DNA of 64,000 nt from Candidatus Bathyarchaeota archaeon (GCA_963806535.1 CAWDYC010000007.1:32001-96000); one strand, 5' to 3'; shown: positions 43,819-52,978, numbered from the stretch's first letter. A program made the numbers and translations. The notes: generated from the sequence alone by a model not told the origin.

Positions 43819-44247
43819 ATGTCATGGCTTAAATCTATGATGGAAAAAGAGCCCCCAGAACCAGAAAATCCACTCGGCATCGTCGTAATCGGAAACATTG
43901 AACCCGACATGCATGACACAGCAAAAGAAGCAGTAAGAAGATCACTGAAACGCGCAGGTTTCAAGACAATTGACGTTGGAAAAAGCGTTGCTCCGCAAGT
44001 ATTTGTTGACAAAGCAAAAGAAAACAATGCAAATATTATCGCAATATCAGTTAACACAGTACCCGCAAAAAATAACCTTGCAAAACTCGACGAATTATTA
44101 AAAGCAGCTGGATTAAAAGGTAAAATAGCAATAATCATGGGTGGCGCTGCAGTCAAGAAAGAAGATGCTGACGCGATGGGCGCACTCTTTGGCAAAAACA
44201 AGGAAGAAGCTCCCGAGTTAGCAAAGAAAGCTCTTGGCAAGAAATAA
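43819..44247 (+). CDS. Stand-alone corrinoid (B12-binding) protein
   Basis: DMHDTAK (variant of DxHxxG), DVGKSV, IAISV and IMGGAAV motifs. Confidence 0.85.
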   Translation: MSWLKSMMEKEPPEPENPLGIVVIGNIEPDMHDTAKEAVRRSLKRAGFKTIDVGKSVAPQVFVDKAKENNANIIAISVNTVPAKNNLAKLDELLKAAGLKGKIAIIMGGAAVKKEDADAMGALFGKNKEEAPELAKKALGKK

Positions 44248-44265
44248 TCCATCAGATGAGGAAAA

Positions 44266-45177
44266 ATGTCCTTTAAATTCAATACAAACCAAAATATCTA
44301 CACCATTGGAAGAGCGAAAGTCGGTGGTCAGCCAGGGGAATTACCAACCTTTTTGATTGGTTCCATCTTTTGGCTAGGTCAGAAAATGGTTACAGATGCT
44401 AACAAAGGTATCTTCGATGCCAAAGTTGCAGAACAAATAATCAATACGATGCAAACTCAAAGTGACATTACCGGTGTACAATTTGCTTTTGACATAGTTG
44501 GAACGACTGAATTAGCTTTTGAGAAATACATTGATTTCGTCTCAAAACACAGTGACGCACCATTGATGCTTGACGCAATGAGCCCAAAGACCCGTATGGC
44601 AGCAGCCGACATGGCAAAAAAGATGGGTCTTGCGGACAGGTGCCTCTACAACTCAGTTTACAAAGGCGTTACTGACGTAGAACTTGCAAAGCTCAAAGAA
44701 AGCGGAATTAAAATGTCAATAGTGCTTGCTGACGATCCGAAAGATACAACTCTCGAAGGCAAAATGAAAGTTATCCAAGAAGCATTAGCTTTAGCTGATA
44801 AAGCCGGAATCACAAAACCGCTAATTGACACAGCTATTCCCGCGTTTGCTCCAGACATGGGAACTGCAGTAAGAACCATACCAATCATGAAAGAAAAGTA
44901 TGGTCACCCAGTCGGCTTAGGCAGCGGAAACGTTGTAACAACAATGGGTTGGGTCAAAGCAAACGTTGCTAAAGAATTCCGCCCAGGATGCAGAACAGCA
45001 ACCAACGCAATAATGCAGGTAGCAGGCGCAAACTGGCTAATGATCGGTCCAGCAGAACAGGCAGAATGGATATTCCCAGCAGTCGCAGTAACAGACTCAT
45101 ACATTGCATCAGCAGCAGGCGACCTCGGCACAAGACCAGTTGAGGAATCACACCCGATATACAAGATGTTCATGTAA
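44266..45177 (+). CDS. mtrH: MtrH-family methylcorrinoid:tetrahydropterin methyltransferase (MtrH/MtxH/MtgA-like)
   Basis: FKF..Q....IG..KVGGQPGE.PT.LIGSIF, YNS, LIDT, GHPVG and HPI motifs. Confidence 0.88.
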   Translation: MSFKFNTNQNIYTIGRAKVGGQPGELPTFLIGSIFWLGQKMVTDANKGIFDAKVAEQIINTMQTQSDITGVQFAFDIVGTTELAFEKYIDFVSKHSDAPLMLDAMSPKTRMAAADMAKKMGLADRCLYNSVYKGVTDVELAKLKESGIKMSIVLADDPKDTTLEGKMKVIQEALALADKAGITKPLIDTAIPAFAPDMGTAVRTIPIMKEKYGHPVGLGSGNVVTTMGWVKANVAKEFRPGCRTATNAIMQVAGANWLMIGPAEQAEWIFPAVAVTDSYIASAAGDLGTRPVEESHPIYKMFM

Positions 45178-45224
45178 AACTTTCCTTTTCTTTTTTATTA
45201 TTTAATTTTTGTGAAGGTTAAAAA

Positions 45225-45605
45225 CTGAAACCTCTCCTATGGCTCGAAATAATTGTTATTTTCACAGTTCTAACATTATTGTCGGCCATTCTAATACCGG
45301 GTAATTCAGTTCTTGTTGCTTTCCGATATTTTTTCAGCTTCATTTTTATCGCTTTTTTGCCTGGTTACTGCCTAGTAAACGTGCTTTTTCTCGGCAAGAA
45401 TAGGCTTGATTTTGTTGAAGAAATAGTTTTGTCAGTTGCCTTAAGCTTTGGTTTAACTGGATTAGATGGTTTATTTTTGGGATTATCGCCCATCGGCATT
45501 AATTTTACGTCAATAACAATTTCTCTCAGCGCCATTGTGTTGGTTCTTGCGTCAGTAGCTCTAATTAGAAAAAAACAAGTTGCAAAGATTAAGCAGGAAG
45601 TTTAG
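45225..45605 (+). CDS. DUF1616-like small membrane protein
   Basis: FLPGY and E.IVLSVALS motifs; frame open back to a CTG at 45225. Confidence 0.7.
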   Translation: MKPLLWLEIIVIFTVLTLLSAILIPGNSVLVAFRYFFSFIFIAFLPGYCLVNVLFLGKNRLDFVEEIVLSVALSFGLTGLDGLFLGLSPIGINFTSITISLSAIVLVLASVALIRKKQVAKIKQEV

Positions 45606-45763
45606 AGACAACTTATAGAATCCTCGTTTCAGCGTCACAACTTTTTGTCGTCTTTCGATCATAAATGAAGCATATTTTTCAGGAAAAATCAAGTTCCAAC
45701 TTGTTAACTAAAAAATGAATAGAATAGTAGATAAAAGAAATTAATGATAAATGAAAAATTATG

Positions 45764-46669
45764 CTAAGCTTTTAGCATCTTTTCCCATCTGTCGAAAAGT
45801 TCCAGTACTTCGTCGCCGTTGTGGCCTTTCAGGAACTCTCGTGTTTCTTTGTCTGCAACTGCATTCTTTTGGAACTCCCGTATGTAGTCGGCTTTTTCTG
45901 CAAGGAATATTATGCCGTCGACGCCTTGTCTCGCAACGCGAGTGGCTACTGTCATTATTTGTTTTGTGGGTGCAACTGTATCCCATGTTTCGTTTGGACC
46001 CCGTACGTAGAAGTTTACGAATACAGGCTTTTTGAGGAAGCTTTTGTATCCTCTTGCAATGGTTTCCCAGTACCAGGGGGTTGGGTAAGCCTTGCTAAAC
46101 ATTGGGATCACGAAGTAGTCAGTGTATTGTGCCATGGCTTCAAAGTCGTAACCGAAACGTTCCTTGCCTAACAAAGGATCAGGAAGACAGTTGACGAAAA
46201 GAGGTTTGCCTGAGACTACTTCTTTAACTTCTGCTAGGAAGTCAGTTACTGTTTTTGCACGCCATGCGATCCAGCTTAAGCCGCTTTTGCTTTGTTGCTC
46301 TATGCATCTGGGGCAGGTGCAGAAGCCTTGGTCTGCGAAGTGTTGGCTGCTGATGCTTATGCCAGGGGTGGCTTTAGCGGATTCAGCGATGATTTTTAGG
46401 TTGTATTCTCTGGCTTCTGGATTTGTCATGCAGACGACATCCCAGCGGAGATTGTAGCGTTTGTTAGTGCGGAGTGCTGGGCCGAACGAGCTTGTGGAGA
46501 CCCAATCGGGGCGTTTTGCCGCCATGAAATTGTCGCCGAAGCATGCGATGTTAGTGTACATTTTTGGGTTGGGTTTTCCAACGATTCCTGATTCAGATTT
46601 TAAACGATAAAAGTTGTAATCAACGCCTTCAACAGGCTCTGGTTGATAGAGAAATACGCCGAATTTCAA
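45764..46669 (-). CDS. Uncharacterised glycoside-hydrolase-like TIM-barrel protein with CxCxxC (paralog A)
   Basis: HFADQGFCTCPRC, WIAWRAKTVTDFL and PDP...ERFG; no signal peptide. Confidence 0.7.
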   Translation of the reverse strand: MKFGVFLYQPEPVEGVDYNFYRLKSESGIVGKPNPKMYTNIACFGDNFMAAKRPDWVSTSSFGPALRTNKRYNLRWDVVCMTNPEAREYNLKIIAESAKATPGISISSQHFADQGFCTCPRCIEQQSKSGLSWIAWRAKTVTDFLAEVKEVVSGKPLFVNCLPDPLLGKERFGYDFEAMAQYTDYFVIPMFSKAYPTPWYWETIARGYKSFLKKPVFVNFYVRGPNETWDTVAPTKQIMTVATRVARQGVDGIIFLAEKADYIREFQKNAVADKETREFLKGHNGDEVLELFDRWEKMLKA

Positions 46670-46980
46670 GTTTGATTCACCATTTATCTCTTGTTTTTAT
46701 AACCGAATAAAAGTGCAAGTTATTTAAGTCTTTTTGGAGAACTTACACTGCAGGATAAATGTAGAAAGTTGAACTGATCGATTTTCGATGTTAAAACATT
46801 GGTTTAAATTTGAAAAAACAGACTCTACTTCCATTCGCATCTATTCAAAAGCGGAAGAAGTGTGCTCCCCCGAGGTTTCTTCTTCTTTCTGAATTTTTAG
46901 AAGAAGTAGTTTTGATTGTTTGGGACGATGAAAACAGGTGATTTGTTTTCGGAAAAATGCAAGACTTAAGTTGCGAAAAT

Positions 46981-47128
46981 ACTTTTCTGTTCTTTTTTAT
47001 ACTTTTTTGTACTTTCCCATTCTTTTCTAACCTTTTCTGTACGTGACCTGCAAATATAGCAAGCCCCAAATCAAAAAAGCAACTCAAAACACAAAGAAAA
47101 AAATTGCACTAAAAAATCCGTCAATAAC
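46981..47128 (+). repeat. Dispersed non-coding element, copy 1: six 10-bp T-tract units plus an 83 bp conserved segment
   Basis: ACTTTTCTGT-like units at exact 10-bp spacing (46981-47042); 47046-47128 aligns to the reverse complement of 53876-53957. Confidence 0.75.
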
Positions 47129-47196
47129 AAATACCTAACGCCAATAGCAAATCATTAGAGAGCGGAGAAAGCAAACCATCAGCTCATTCAAGCACG

Positions 47197-48249
47197 TTAA
47201 CGCTTGGAAAGAGATTCACTCACAATTCTGATTAAAACATGTTTTAGGTATGGCGGCAAATCAACCAAATTATATCCCTTCAGCTTTGAGCAGTCCAATT
47301 GAGCTATGGAAATACTTCCAAAACATTTGCTTGAGTCAGCTACCTCCCCAAGGTCGGGAGGCAACAGGTTCTTTTTGATGTCGTCATCCAGTTTTGCTGC
47401 TGTCAGCACATAAGGTAGAGCAAGCTGGTTATTTTTCAAAATTTCCGCTAAACCCTTTGCATCAACAGATAACCCCTCAATTTTTGACACCTCGGCGGCT
47501 AGTTTCTCGAGCGGCAGATGCCTCTCTCTGAGCCTATCTACAACTGTTCGACAAGCCCAAAATGGCTCTTGCTTGATTAAGGCTTCAGTAACCGCTTTTC
47601 TTGTGCAGGATCCGACAAGCTTTCCCAATTTTGATGCGGGTCCTCCGTAGCTGATTGTTTTACCTTTGTTTGTTGAAGCTATTGCTATGCTGTCGGTTAT
47701 TGATCCTGTGGCTGAGTCTCCAGTGTAGAGGCTTCTTACGTCAAGGTCTCTTAATGCTGCTGATTTTGCTTCAGTTGCGGTGATTACAGATGCTACCATG
47801 CAGCTTTCGGTAGGGTTTCCATCAATTAACACGATAACGTTAATGGTTCCGTGGATTTCTTGAACATCCATTTCTTCACCTGAGGATTCACCATGCTTGC
47901 AGCCTGCAGTTGCAACAACGCAGACTGAAAAATCATCAGTCCTTTTTATTACTAAACTGTAATTTTTAATTTTGGCAGCAGTAACCATTGCAAGATAGTC
48001 TTTCGAAAATCCTAGTTTTGCCGCCGATGAGGTGATTAGTTCAAGCGGGTCAAGGTGCAAGGAAAGGTCATTGTACCCTTCCGGCACGCCTACATTGAGG
48101 ACAGCTTTAATCTGTTTGTGCCCGCCATTATAAAACGCTGAACTTACAGTCATTAAAGCGTTATCACAAAATACGGCTAGCACGTTATCTTTTACGAAAA
48201 GTTTGGCGCCGCCAGCAAGGTTAAACTCTTCCACAGGCAAGTCACCCAC
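47197..48249 (-). CDS. cbiZ: Adenosylcobinamide amidohydrolase CbiZ with C-terminal extension
   Basis: SSAFYNGG, MVTAA, ATAG, GTIN, TATEAK, ATGSITD and YGGPASKLG motifs. Confidence 0.85.
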   Translation of the reverse strand: MGDLPVEEFNLAGGAKLFVKDNVLAVFCDNALMTVSSAFYNGGHKQIKAVLNVGVPEGYNDLSLHLDPLELITSSAAKLGFSKDYLAMVTAAKIKNYSLVIKRTDDFSVCVVATAGCKHGESSGEEMDVQEIHGTINVIVLIDGNPTESCMVASVITATEAKSAALRDLDVRSLYTGDSATGSITDSIAIASTNKGKTISYGGPASKLGKLVGSCTRKAVTEALIKQEPFWACRTVVDRLRERHLPLEKLAAEVSKIEGLSVDAKGLAEILKNNQLALPYVLTAAKLDDDIKKNLLPPDLGEVADSSKCFGSISIAQLDCSKLKGYNLVDLPPYLKHVLIRIVSESLSKR

Positions 48250-48257
48250 ACAAAAAA

Positions 48258-48479
48258 CTATTTTTTTGGTTGGTCTGAATTAACTGTAATCGCTTTGGTC
48301 GGGCATAAGTTTACGCATATGCCACACTTTGTACATTGCACGACATCGACAACTTGAGGTTTCCTATTTTTTCCCTCTTCCAGTGCGCCTTGTGGACAAA
48401 CACCAATACAAATCTGTCCTGTGCATGGAGAACATTTGGCGATGTCAATGAGAATAGCGGATTTCTGCTGCTTGCCCAT
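48258..48479 (-). CDS. 2[4Fe-4S] ferredoxin
   Basis: CSPCTGQICIGVCP and CTKCGICVNLCP. Confidence 0.88.
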   Translation of the reverse strand: MGKQQKSAILIDIAKCSPCTGQICIGVCPQGALEEGKNRKPQVVDVVQCTKCGICVNLCPTKAITVNSDQPKK

Positions 48480-48537
48480 GAGAATCAACAATTAAATAAG
48501 CGCCAAGAATATATTGTTTGCGCGATGTGTCTTAACC

Positions 48538-49422
48538 ATGAAAATAGGCTTAGTCACCTACACCCCACAAAAAGTCGAAGGCTTTGACCCTCACGTTTAC
48601 TACTCCAAATGGGCAGACGGCCAAGCATTTCCAGCAGCCAAAGATATGCAAAACGACGTAACCGTATTCTGCGACGCAAAAGCAATACGAGAAGACCCAA
48701 ACATGGTTGCCCTCTCCAAAAATGGACCAGCTATTCGAAAGAACAGAAGAAACAATCTTGCTTTCGATTTCATTTGCCCCACGCATCCAAACTACCGAAC
48801 TAAAGTCTTTAACTATCTTGACAGCCTCAACAAAGAAAAAATCACGGGCGTAACACTGAACCTTTATCATTTTCCTGACCAAGAATTTTGTATATGCCCA
48901 AGATGCACCCAATTGTGGAAACAAAGCGGCTTGAACTGGACAGATTGGAGAGCCAAAACAGTAACAGAATTCCTAAAAGAAGCCAAAACACACACCAAAG
49001 GCACTTTTGCCGTTGAAATTTACCCTGACCCAGTACTATCCAAAGAAAGATTTGGTTTAGACCTAACTGCGATTTCTGAATTGGTTGATTACTTCCATGT
49101 ACCGCTTTCGTCAAGAGATTACTTGACAAATTACTGGGTTGATATGTTAACAAGAGATTTCGTTGCTTTGTTGAAGAAGCCTATTGTTGTTGAGTTAAGT
49201 GCTGAAATGCCAACTGAGGAGAAACTGGAGGCATTATTGAAAACAGTGGCATATGTTTCGAGACACAAGTTAGATGCAGTGTTGCTTTTAGTACATGATT
49301 CAGAGAATGCTAGGCAAGTTTGCCGTTTTGCCGTTAAGAACATTGACTTTCGAGAATGGCTTAGGAACTACAATTTTGATGAAATGAGCCTAATTGTTGA
49401 TCAGTGGGCTAAGATTTATTGA
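48538..49422 (+). CDS. Uncharacterised glycoside-hydrolase-like TIM-barrel protein with CxCxxC (paralog B)
   Basis: HFPDQEFCICPRC, WTDWRAKTVTEFL and PDP...ERFG; colinear with 45764-46669. Confidence 0.7.
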   Translation: MKIGLVTYTPQKVEGFDPHVYYSKWADGQAFPAAKDMQNDVTVFCDAKAIREDPNMVALSKNGPAIRKNRRNNLAFDFICPTHPNYRTKVFNYLDSLNKEKITGVTLNLYHFPDQEFCICPRCTQLWKQSGLNWTDWRAKTVTEFLKEAKTHTKGTFAVEIYPDPVLSKERFGLDLTAISELVDYFHVPLSSRDYLTNYWVDMLTRDFVALLKKPIVVELSAEMPTEEKLEALLKTVAYVSRHKLDAVLLLVHDSENARQVCRFAVKNIDFREWLRNYNFDEMSLIVDQWAKIY

Positions 49423-50161
49423 GTTTTTTTCTGTATTCTTTAAGCCGTTGCATATCAATTTCTCGTGTTAGGATAGAGTCTTCAGGCGCGTCGGTTACTT
49501 CTCCAAGTATCCCCCATGGTGCAATAATTGCGCTTCGTCCTCCACGCATACTTGAACATACATTGCCGACTTTTAGCACAACCAATCCGTAATCTCGTGC
49601 GATCTGCTCAGTTAACGGGTGACCATTGACAGTTGGGTGAGTACCCATTGCTGCGACTGGAAGAGAAATTATCTCCGCGCCTAAATTAGCAATTTGTTTA
49701 ACAAGTTCAGGGTCAAACGTATCAGCACATACCAAAAGCCCGATTTTGCCGATTTCTGTGTTAATTACAAGTGGTTGTTTGCCTTTGGCTACCCCAGCTT
49801 TTATCTCAGCTTGGATAGGATTTATTTTTTTGTATTTAGCTAATAAGGAACCATTTCTCCATAGTGTGCTTGTGTTGTAGTATTTTCCGTTGTCTTCTTC
49901 AAGCACTGAACCACCGAGAAGATAGATATCGCCCAGCTCTTTTGAAATTGTTTCAAGAAAATCCAATGTCTTTTTGCATGTTTCTTGCGAGATTTTCCCT
50001 GCGTTGTTAAAGTCGCCCATGCAATTGGGAACTGTAAAGTATTCTGGAAGAGCAATTAGGCTTGGTTTTTCTTTAGCTGCTTTTTGGATTGCTGTTTTGG
50101 CTGCTTCTATGTTACTTTCTAGTGAATCCCGTATTTTCATGTGGAGTACGCATGTTTTCAA
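49409..50161 (-). CDS. Carbon-nitrogen hydrolase (nitrilase superfamily)
   Basis: Glu-Lys-Cys triad contexts LPEYF, YKK and LVCAD; GRSAIIAPWG. Confidence 0.9.
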   Translation of the reverse strand: MKTCVLHMKIRDSLESNIEAAKTAIQKAAKEKPSLIALPEYFTVPNCMGDFNNAGKISQETCKKTLDFLETISKELGDIYLLGGSVLEEDNGKYYNTSTLWRNGSLLAKYKKINPIQAEIKAGVAKGKQPLVINTEIGKIGLLVCADTFDPELVKQIANLGAEIISLPVAAMGTHPTVNGHPLTEQIARDYGLVVLKVGNVCSSMRGGRSAIIAPWGILGEVTDAPEDSILTREIDMQRLKEYRKKLNKS

Positions 50162-50370
50162 TTGTTAATCCTCTTTGATGATTGCGCTGGGTGTCTATTG
50201 ATTTTCGATTTTGCACTTTTAAATGTGCTGTTTTAGATATGCAATAACTCGATTGTTCAGTATTTTGCACACTTTCAACACATCTGTTTACTATTTTTTT
50301 GCTTTTGTTTGCATATGGAGAAACCTTAAATACTGGATGCATGACAAACAATGTATTGCGAGGGAAAGAA

Positions 50371-51354
50371 ATGACGCTAAATCCATCGGAATACACTAAA
50401 CTCTTGCCCCAAGTAAGAACCTTAGTAAATAAAGTTGTCAAGAAAAACATGGCTGATGGCTTCCTGTTTTCAGCTGGAACCGACACCCAAATAATCGCTT
50501 ATGAAGCTGTAAAATACAAACCTGATATCCCATGCCTAACATTAGCTTTCAAACATGGGAAACCAAAAGACACTGAATATGTCAAGAAAATGGTAGAACT
50601 CCTACATCTAAAGCAGGAAACCTATGAGTTCGGCAAAGAAGATGTATTCAAATTTTACCCGAAAGTTGTAGAAGCACTCAAAAAATTTGACCCCATGGAA
50701 ATAAGAAACAGCCTACCAGTTTACATTGGCTTAACTCTTTTAAAACCTAAGGGAATAAAAAGCGTGTTCACAGGCGATGCACTCGACGAACTATTTGGTT
50801 ATCCGTGGCAATTCCACCTAACTGAAGCAGAATTCGCTAAGAAACAAGAAGAAATGTGGGCGGAAATGGGCTTCTCCTCAGTCCCCATGGCAGAATCTCT
50901 AGGAATGACCATCAAGTCACCTTACAGAGACCCCGAATTCATGGAGTGGGCAATGAAACTACCAATCAAATACAAGATAAACATCTATAACGGCGTAAAA
51001 TACAGCAAATGGATACTACGCAAAGCATACGAAGACGTAATACCAAAAGACATCATTTGGAGACCAAAAGCACCACTTGAACAGGGAACGGGAACAGAGA
51101 CTCTCAGAACTTACTTCAACGACCTGGTTACCGACAAAGATTTCGCGGAGAAAAAGAAGACAATAAAGGCAGAAGACGACGTCGAGATTCAAGACAAAGA
51201 ACAATTACTCTACTACGAGCACTTCCGGAAGAAATTCGGCAAACCAAAAGACGTATTCCCAAAAGTTGAAGGCGCTATCCAATGTCCTAAGTGCAAAAGC
51301 TACATAAAAACCAAAATCCAGTTCTGCAAAACCTGCGGAGCCTACCCAATCTAA
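50371..51354 (+). CDS. Asparagine-synthase-like ATP pyrophosphatase lacking the glutaminase domain, with C-terminal zinc ribbon
   Basis: FSAGTDT PP-loop, TGDALDELFGY, KWILRKA, WRPKAP and CPKC..CKTC. Confidence 0.82.
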   Translation: MTLNPSEYTKLLPQVRTLVNKVVKKNMADGFLFSAGTDTQIIAYEAVKYKPDIPCLTLAFKHGKPKDTEYVKKMVELLHLKQETYEFGKEDVFKFYPKVVEALKKFDPMEIRNSLPVYIGLTLLKPKGIKSVFTGDALDELFGYPWQFHLTEAEFAKKQEEMWAEMGFSSVPMAESLGMTIKSPYRDPEFMEWAMKLPIKYKINIYNGVKYSKWILRKAYEDVIPKDIIWRPKAPLEQGTGTETLRTYFNDLVTDKDFAEKKKTIKAEDDVEIQDKEQLLYYEHFRKKFGKPKDVFPKVEGAIQCPKCKSYIKTKIQFCKTCGAYPI

Positions 51355-51456
51355 TCTTTCTTTTTATTTTTTTAAAATTAAACAAGTTGTAATTTTGGGA
51401 AAGACTTAATTCCTTATTATAATATCTGTTTGAAAAATAGTAAGAGGACTGTATAA

Positions 51457-52500
51457 TTGGCTAGTCTTTCACAATTGAAGTTTGCTATGTGGCTTTCGAT
51501 TTTCTTATCAGCCTTCATATTTGCCCTTCTTGTGTTTGCAATTGTTTTCTTCTTGCAACTGGATGTTTATGTGGGTTTAGCTGTTGCTTTGGGCGGTTCA
51601 GCACTCTTCATATTATTCCAGTATGCAGTGGGCCCAGCTATTGTTGCTGCAACAACCCATCTGCATTATCTTAAACCTGGCGAAAACCCGTGGCTTGAAA
51701 AAACAGTTAAAGAAATAGCTGACAAAAGCGGTTTACCCATGCCTAAATTAGCCACAGTTCCAAATAACACGCCTAACGCGTTTACTTTTGGCAGAGGTAC
51801 AAGCAGCGCCACCTTAGCTGTGCATGAAGGATTACTTAAGCAATTAAATGAAGACGAAGTTAAGGGTGTTATAGCTCACGAATTAGGCCATGTTAAACAT
51901 AAAGATTACATTGTTATGACTGTGCTCTCAGCCTTGCCCTTAATCGCATACTACGTTGCGCAGGTAACGTTGTATGCAGGTGCTTTCAGCGGTGGACGAA
52001 GAAACAGTAAAGACAATTCCGGGGCTGCATTGATTGCAATCGGTGTGATTGCTTTTGTAATATACATTTTAACGTTCCTCATTGTTATGAGACTGAGCCG
52101 ACTTCGAGAACACTATGCTGATGCTTACTCCGCTTATGTGACAGGGAACCCGCGAGAGCTTGAAAGTGCATTGGCAAAAATCACCTATGGCTTGTCCCTT
52201 TCACCTAAAGCCCCGGAAGGAGCAAGAGCATTCTACATTGAAGACCCAGCCGCGGCTAAACAAGAAGTGCAGCATATAATGGATCACAAAGATGAATATG
52301 ATTTAGACCACGACGGCGTGTTGGATGAACGTGAGTTGGAGCTAGCGATGGAGAAAGAATCCAAAAGCACCTGGGTTCAAATGAACAGTTTATTTGCCAC
52401 TCATCCACCCACGTTTAAACGCATTTTGCTTCTCAAAGAAATCGAGCAAGAAATGGACACAGGAAAGTACAGCAGCGACAAAGTCTACGCGCACGTCTAA
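51457..52500 (+). CDS. htpX: Zinc metalloprotease HtpX (M48)
   Basis: PNAF, AHELGH, SRLREHYAD and FATHPP motifs. Confidence 0.92.
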   Translation: MASLSQLKFAMWLSIFLSAFIFALLVFAIVFFLQLDVYVGLAVALGGSALFILFQYAVGPAIVAATTHLHYLKPGENPWLEKTVKEIADKSGLPMPKLATVPNNTPNAFTFGRGTSSATLAVHEGLLKQLNEDEVKGVIAHELGHVKHKDYIVMTVLSALPLIAYYVAQVTLYAGAFSGGRRNSKDNSGAALIAIGVIAFVIYILTFLIVMRLSRLREHYADAYSAYVTGNPRELESALAKITYGLSLSPKAPEGARAFYIEDPAAAKQEVQHIMDHKDEYDLDHDGVLDERELELAMEKESKSTWVQMNSLFATHPPTFKRILLLKEIEQEMDTGKYSSDKVYAHV

Positions 52501-52608
52501 GATAATAAATGCCCTATTTTTTTGGTTAAAACTCCTCTAAGCCATGCGAAGACTAATATCTTTGCGCTATCGATTTACTATAAAAAATAATCAGGAGAGA
52601 AACAAGAA

Positions 52609-52815
52609 ATGGTAAATTACTGTCCTGAATGCGGCGGAGAAATGCAATACATATCTTTGACAAAGCATTACGTCTGCAAAAGCTGCGGTTTATCCTGTAC
52701 CGGCCAAGAACTAAACGACTACAAAGACAAAAATAGACCAGGCGACGAAACCGAAGAAGAAGCAAAACAGAACCGCAAAAAAGAATACCTAAAATGGTAT
52801 CTTAGCAAAAAATAA
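52609..52815 (+). CDS. Small zinc-ribbon protein
   Basis: CPECGG...CKSCG; AGGAG ribosome-binding site upstream. Confidence 0.8.
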   Translation: MVNYCPECGGEMQYISLTKHYVCKSCGLSCTGQELNDYKDKNRPGDETEEEAKQNRKKEYLKWYLSKK

Positions 52816-52978
52816 AAACTCTAAAACCGCCATTAAACCTTTTTGTTAGCTTTGACTCTAACTTAATTTTGAGTTTCCATCGATCTTAAACCATAACGAT
52901 ATGCTAGGAATAAGCAAACGGTATAAAAGAAAACAACCAATTTCTAATTTAGCTACATGTAAAACGATGCGAAGCGCA

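Noticed and set aside
43815-44282. 155-aa antisense ORF, and the many other short overlapping ORFs in the track
   Set aside because: Shadows of well-supported genes on the opposite strand or in another frame, with no motifs.
44266-45177. Evidence of methanogenesis (Mtr complex)
   Set aside because: Only mtrH is present; no mtrA-G or mcr genes in the window.
46845-47087. 80-aa ORF over the repeat element
   Set aside because: The homologous copy at 53.9 kb has stops in the equivalent frames, and a 10-bp period is incompatible with codon structure.
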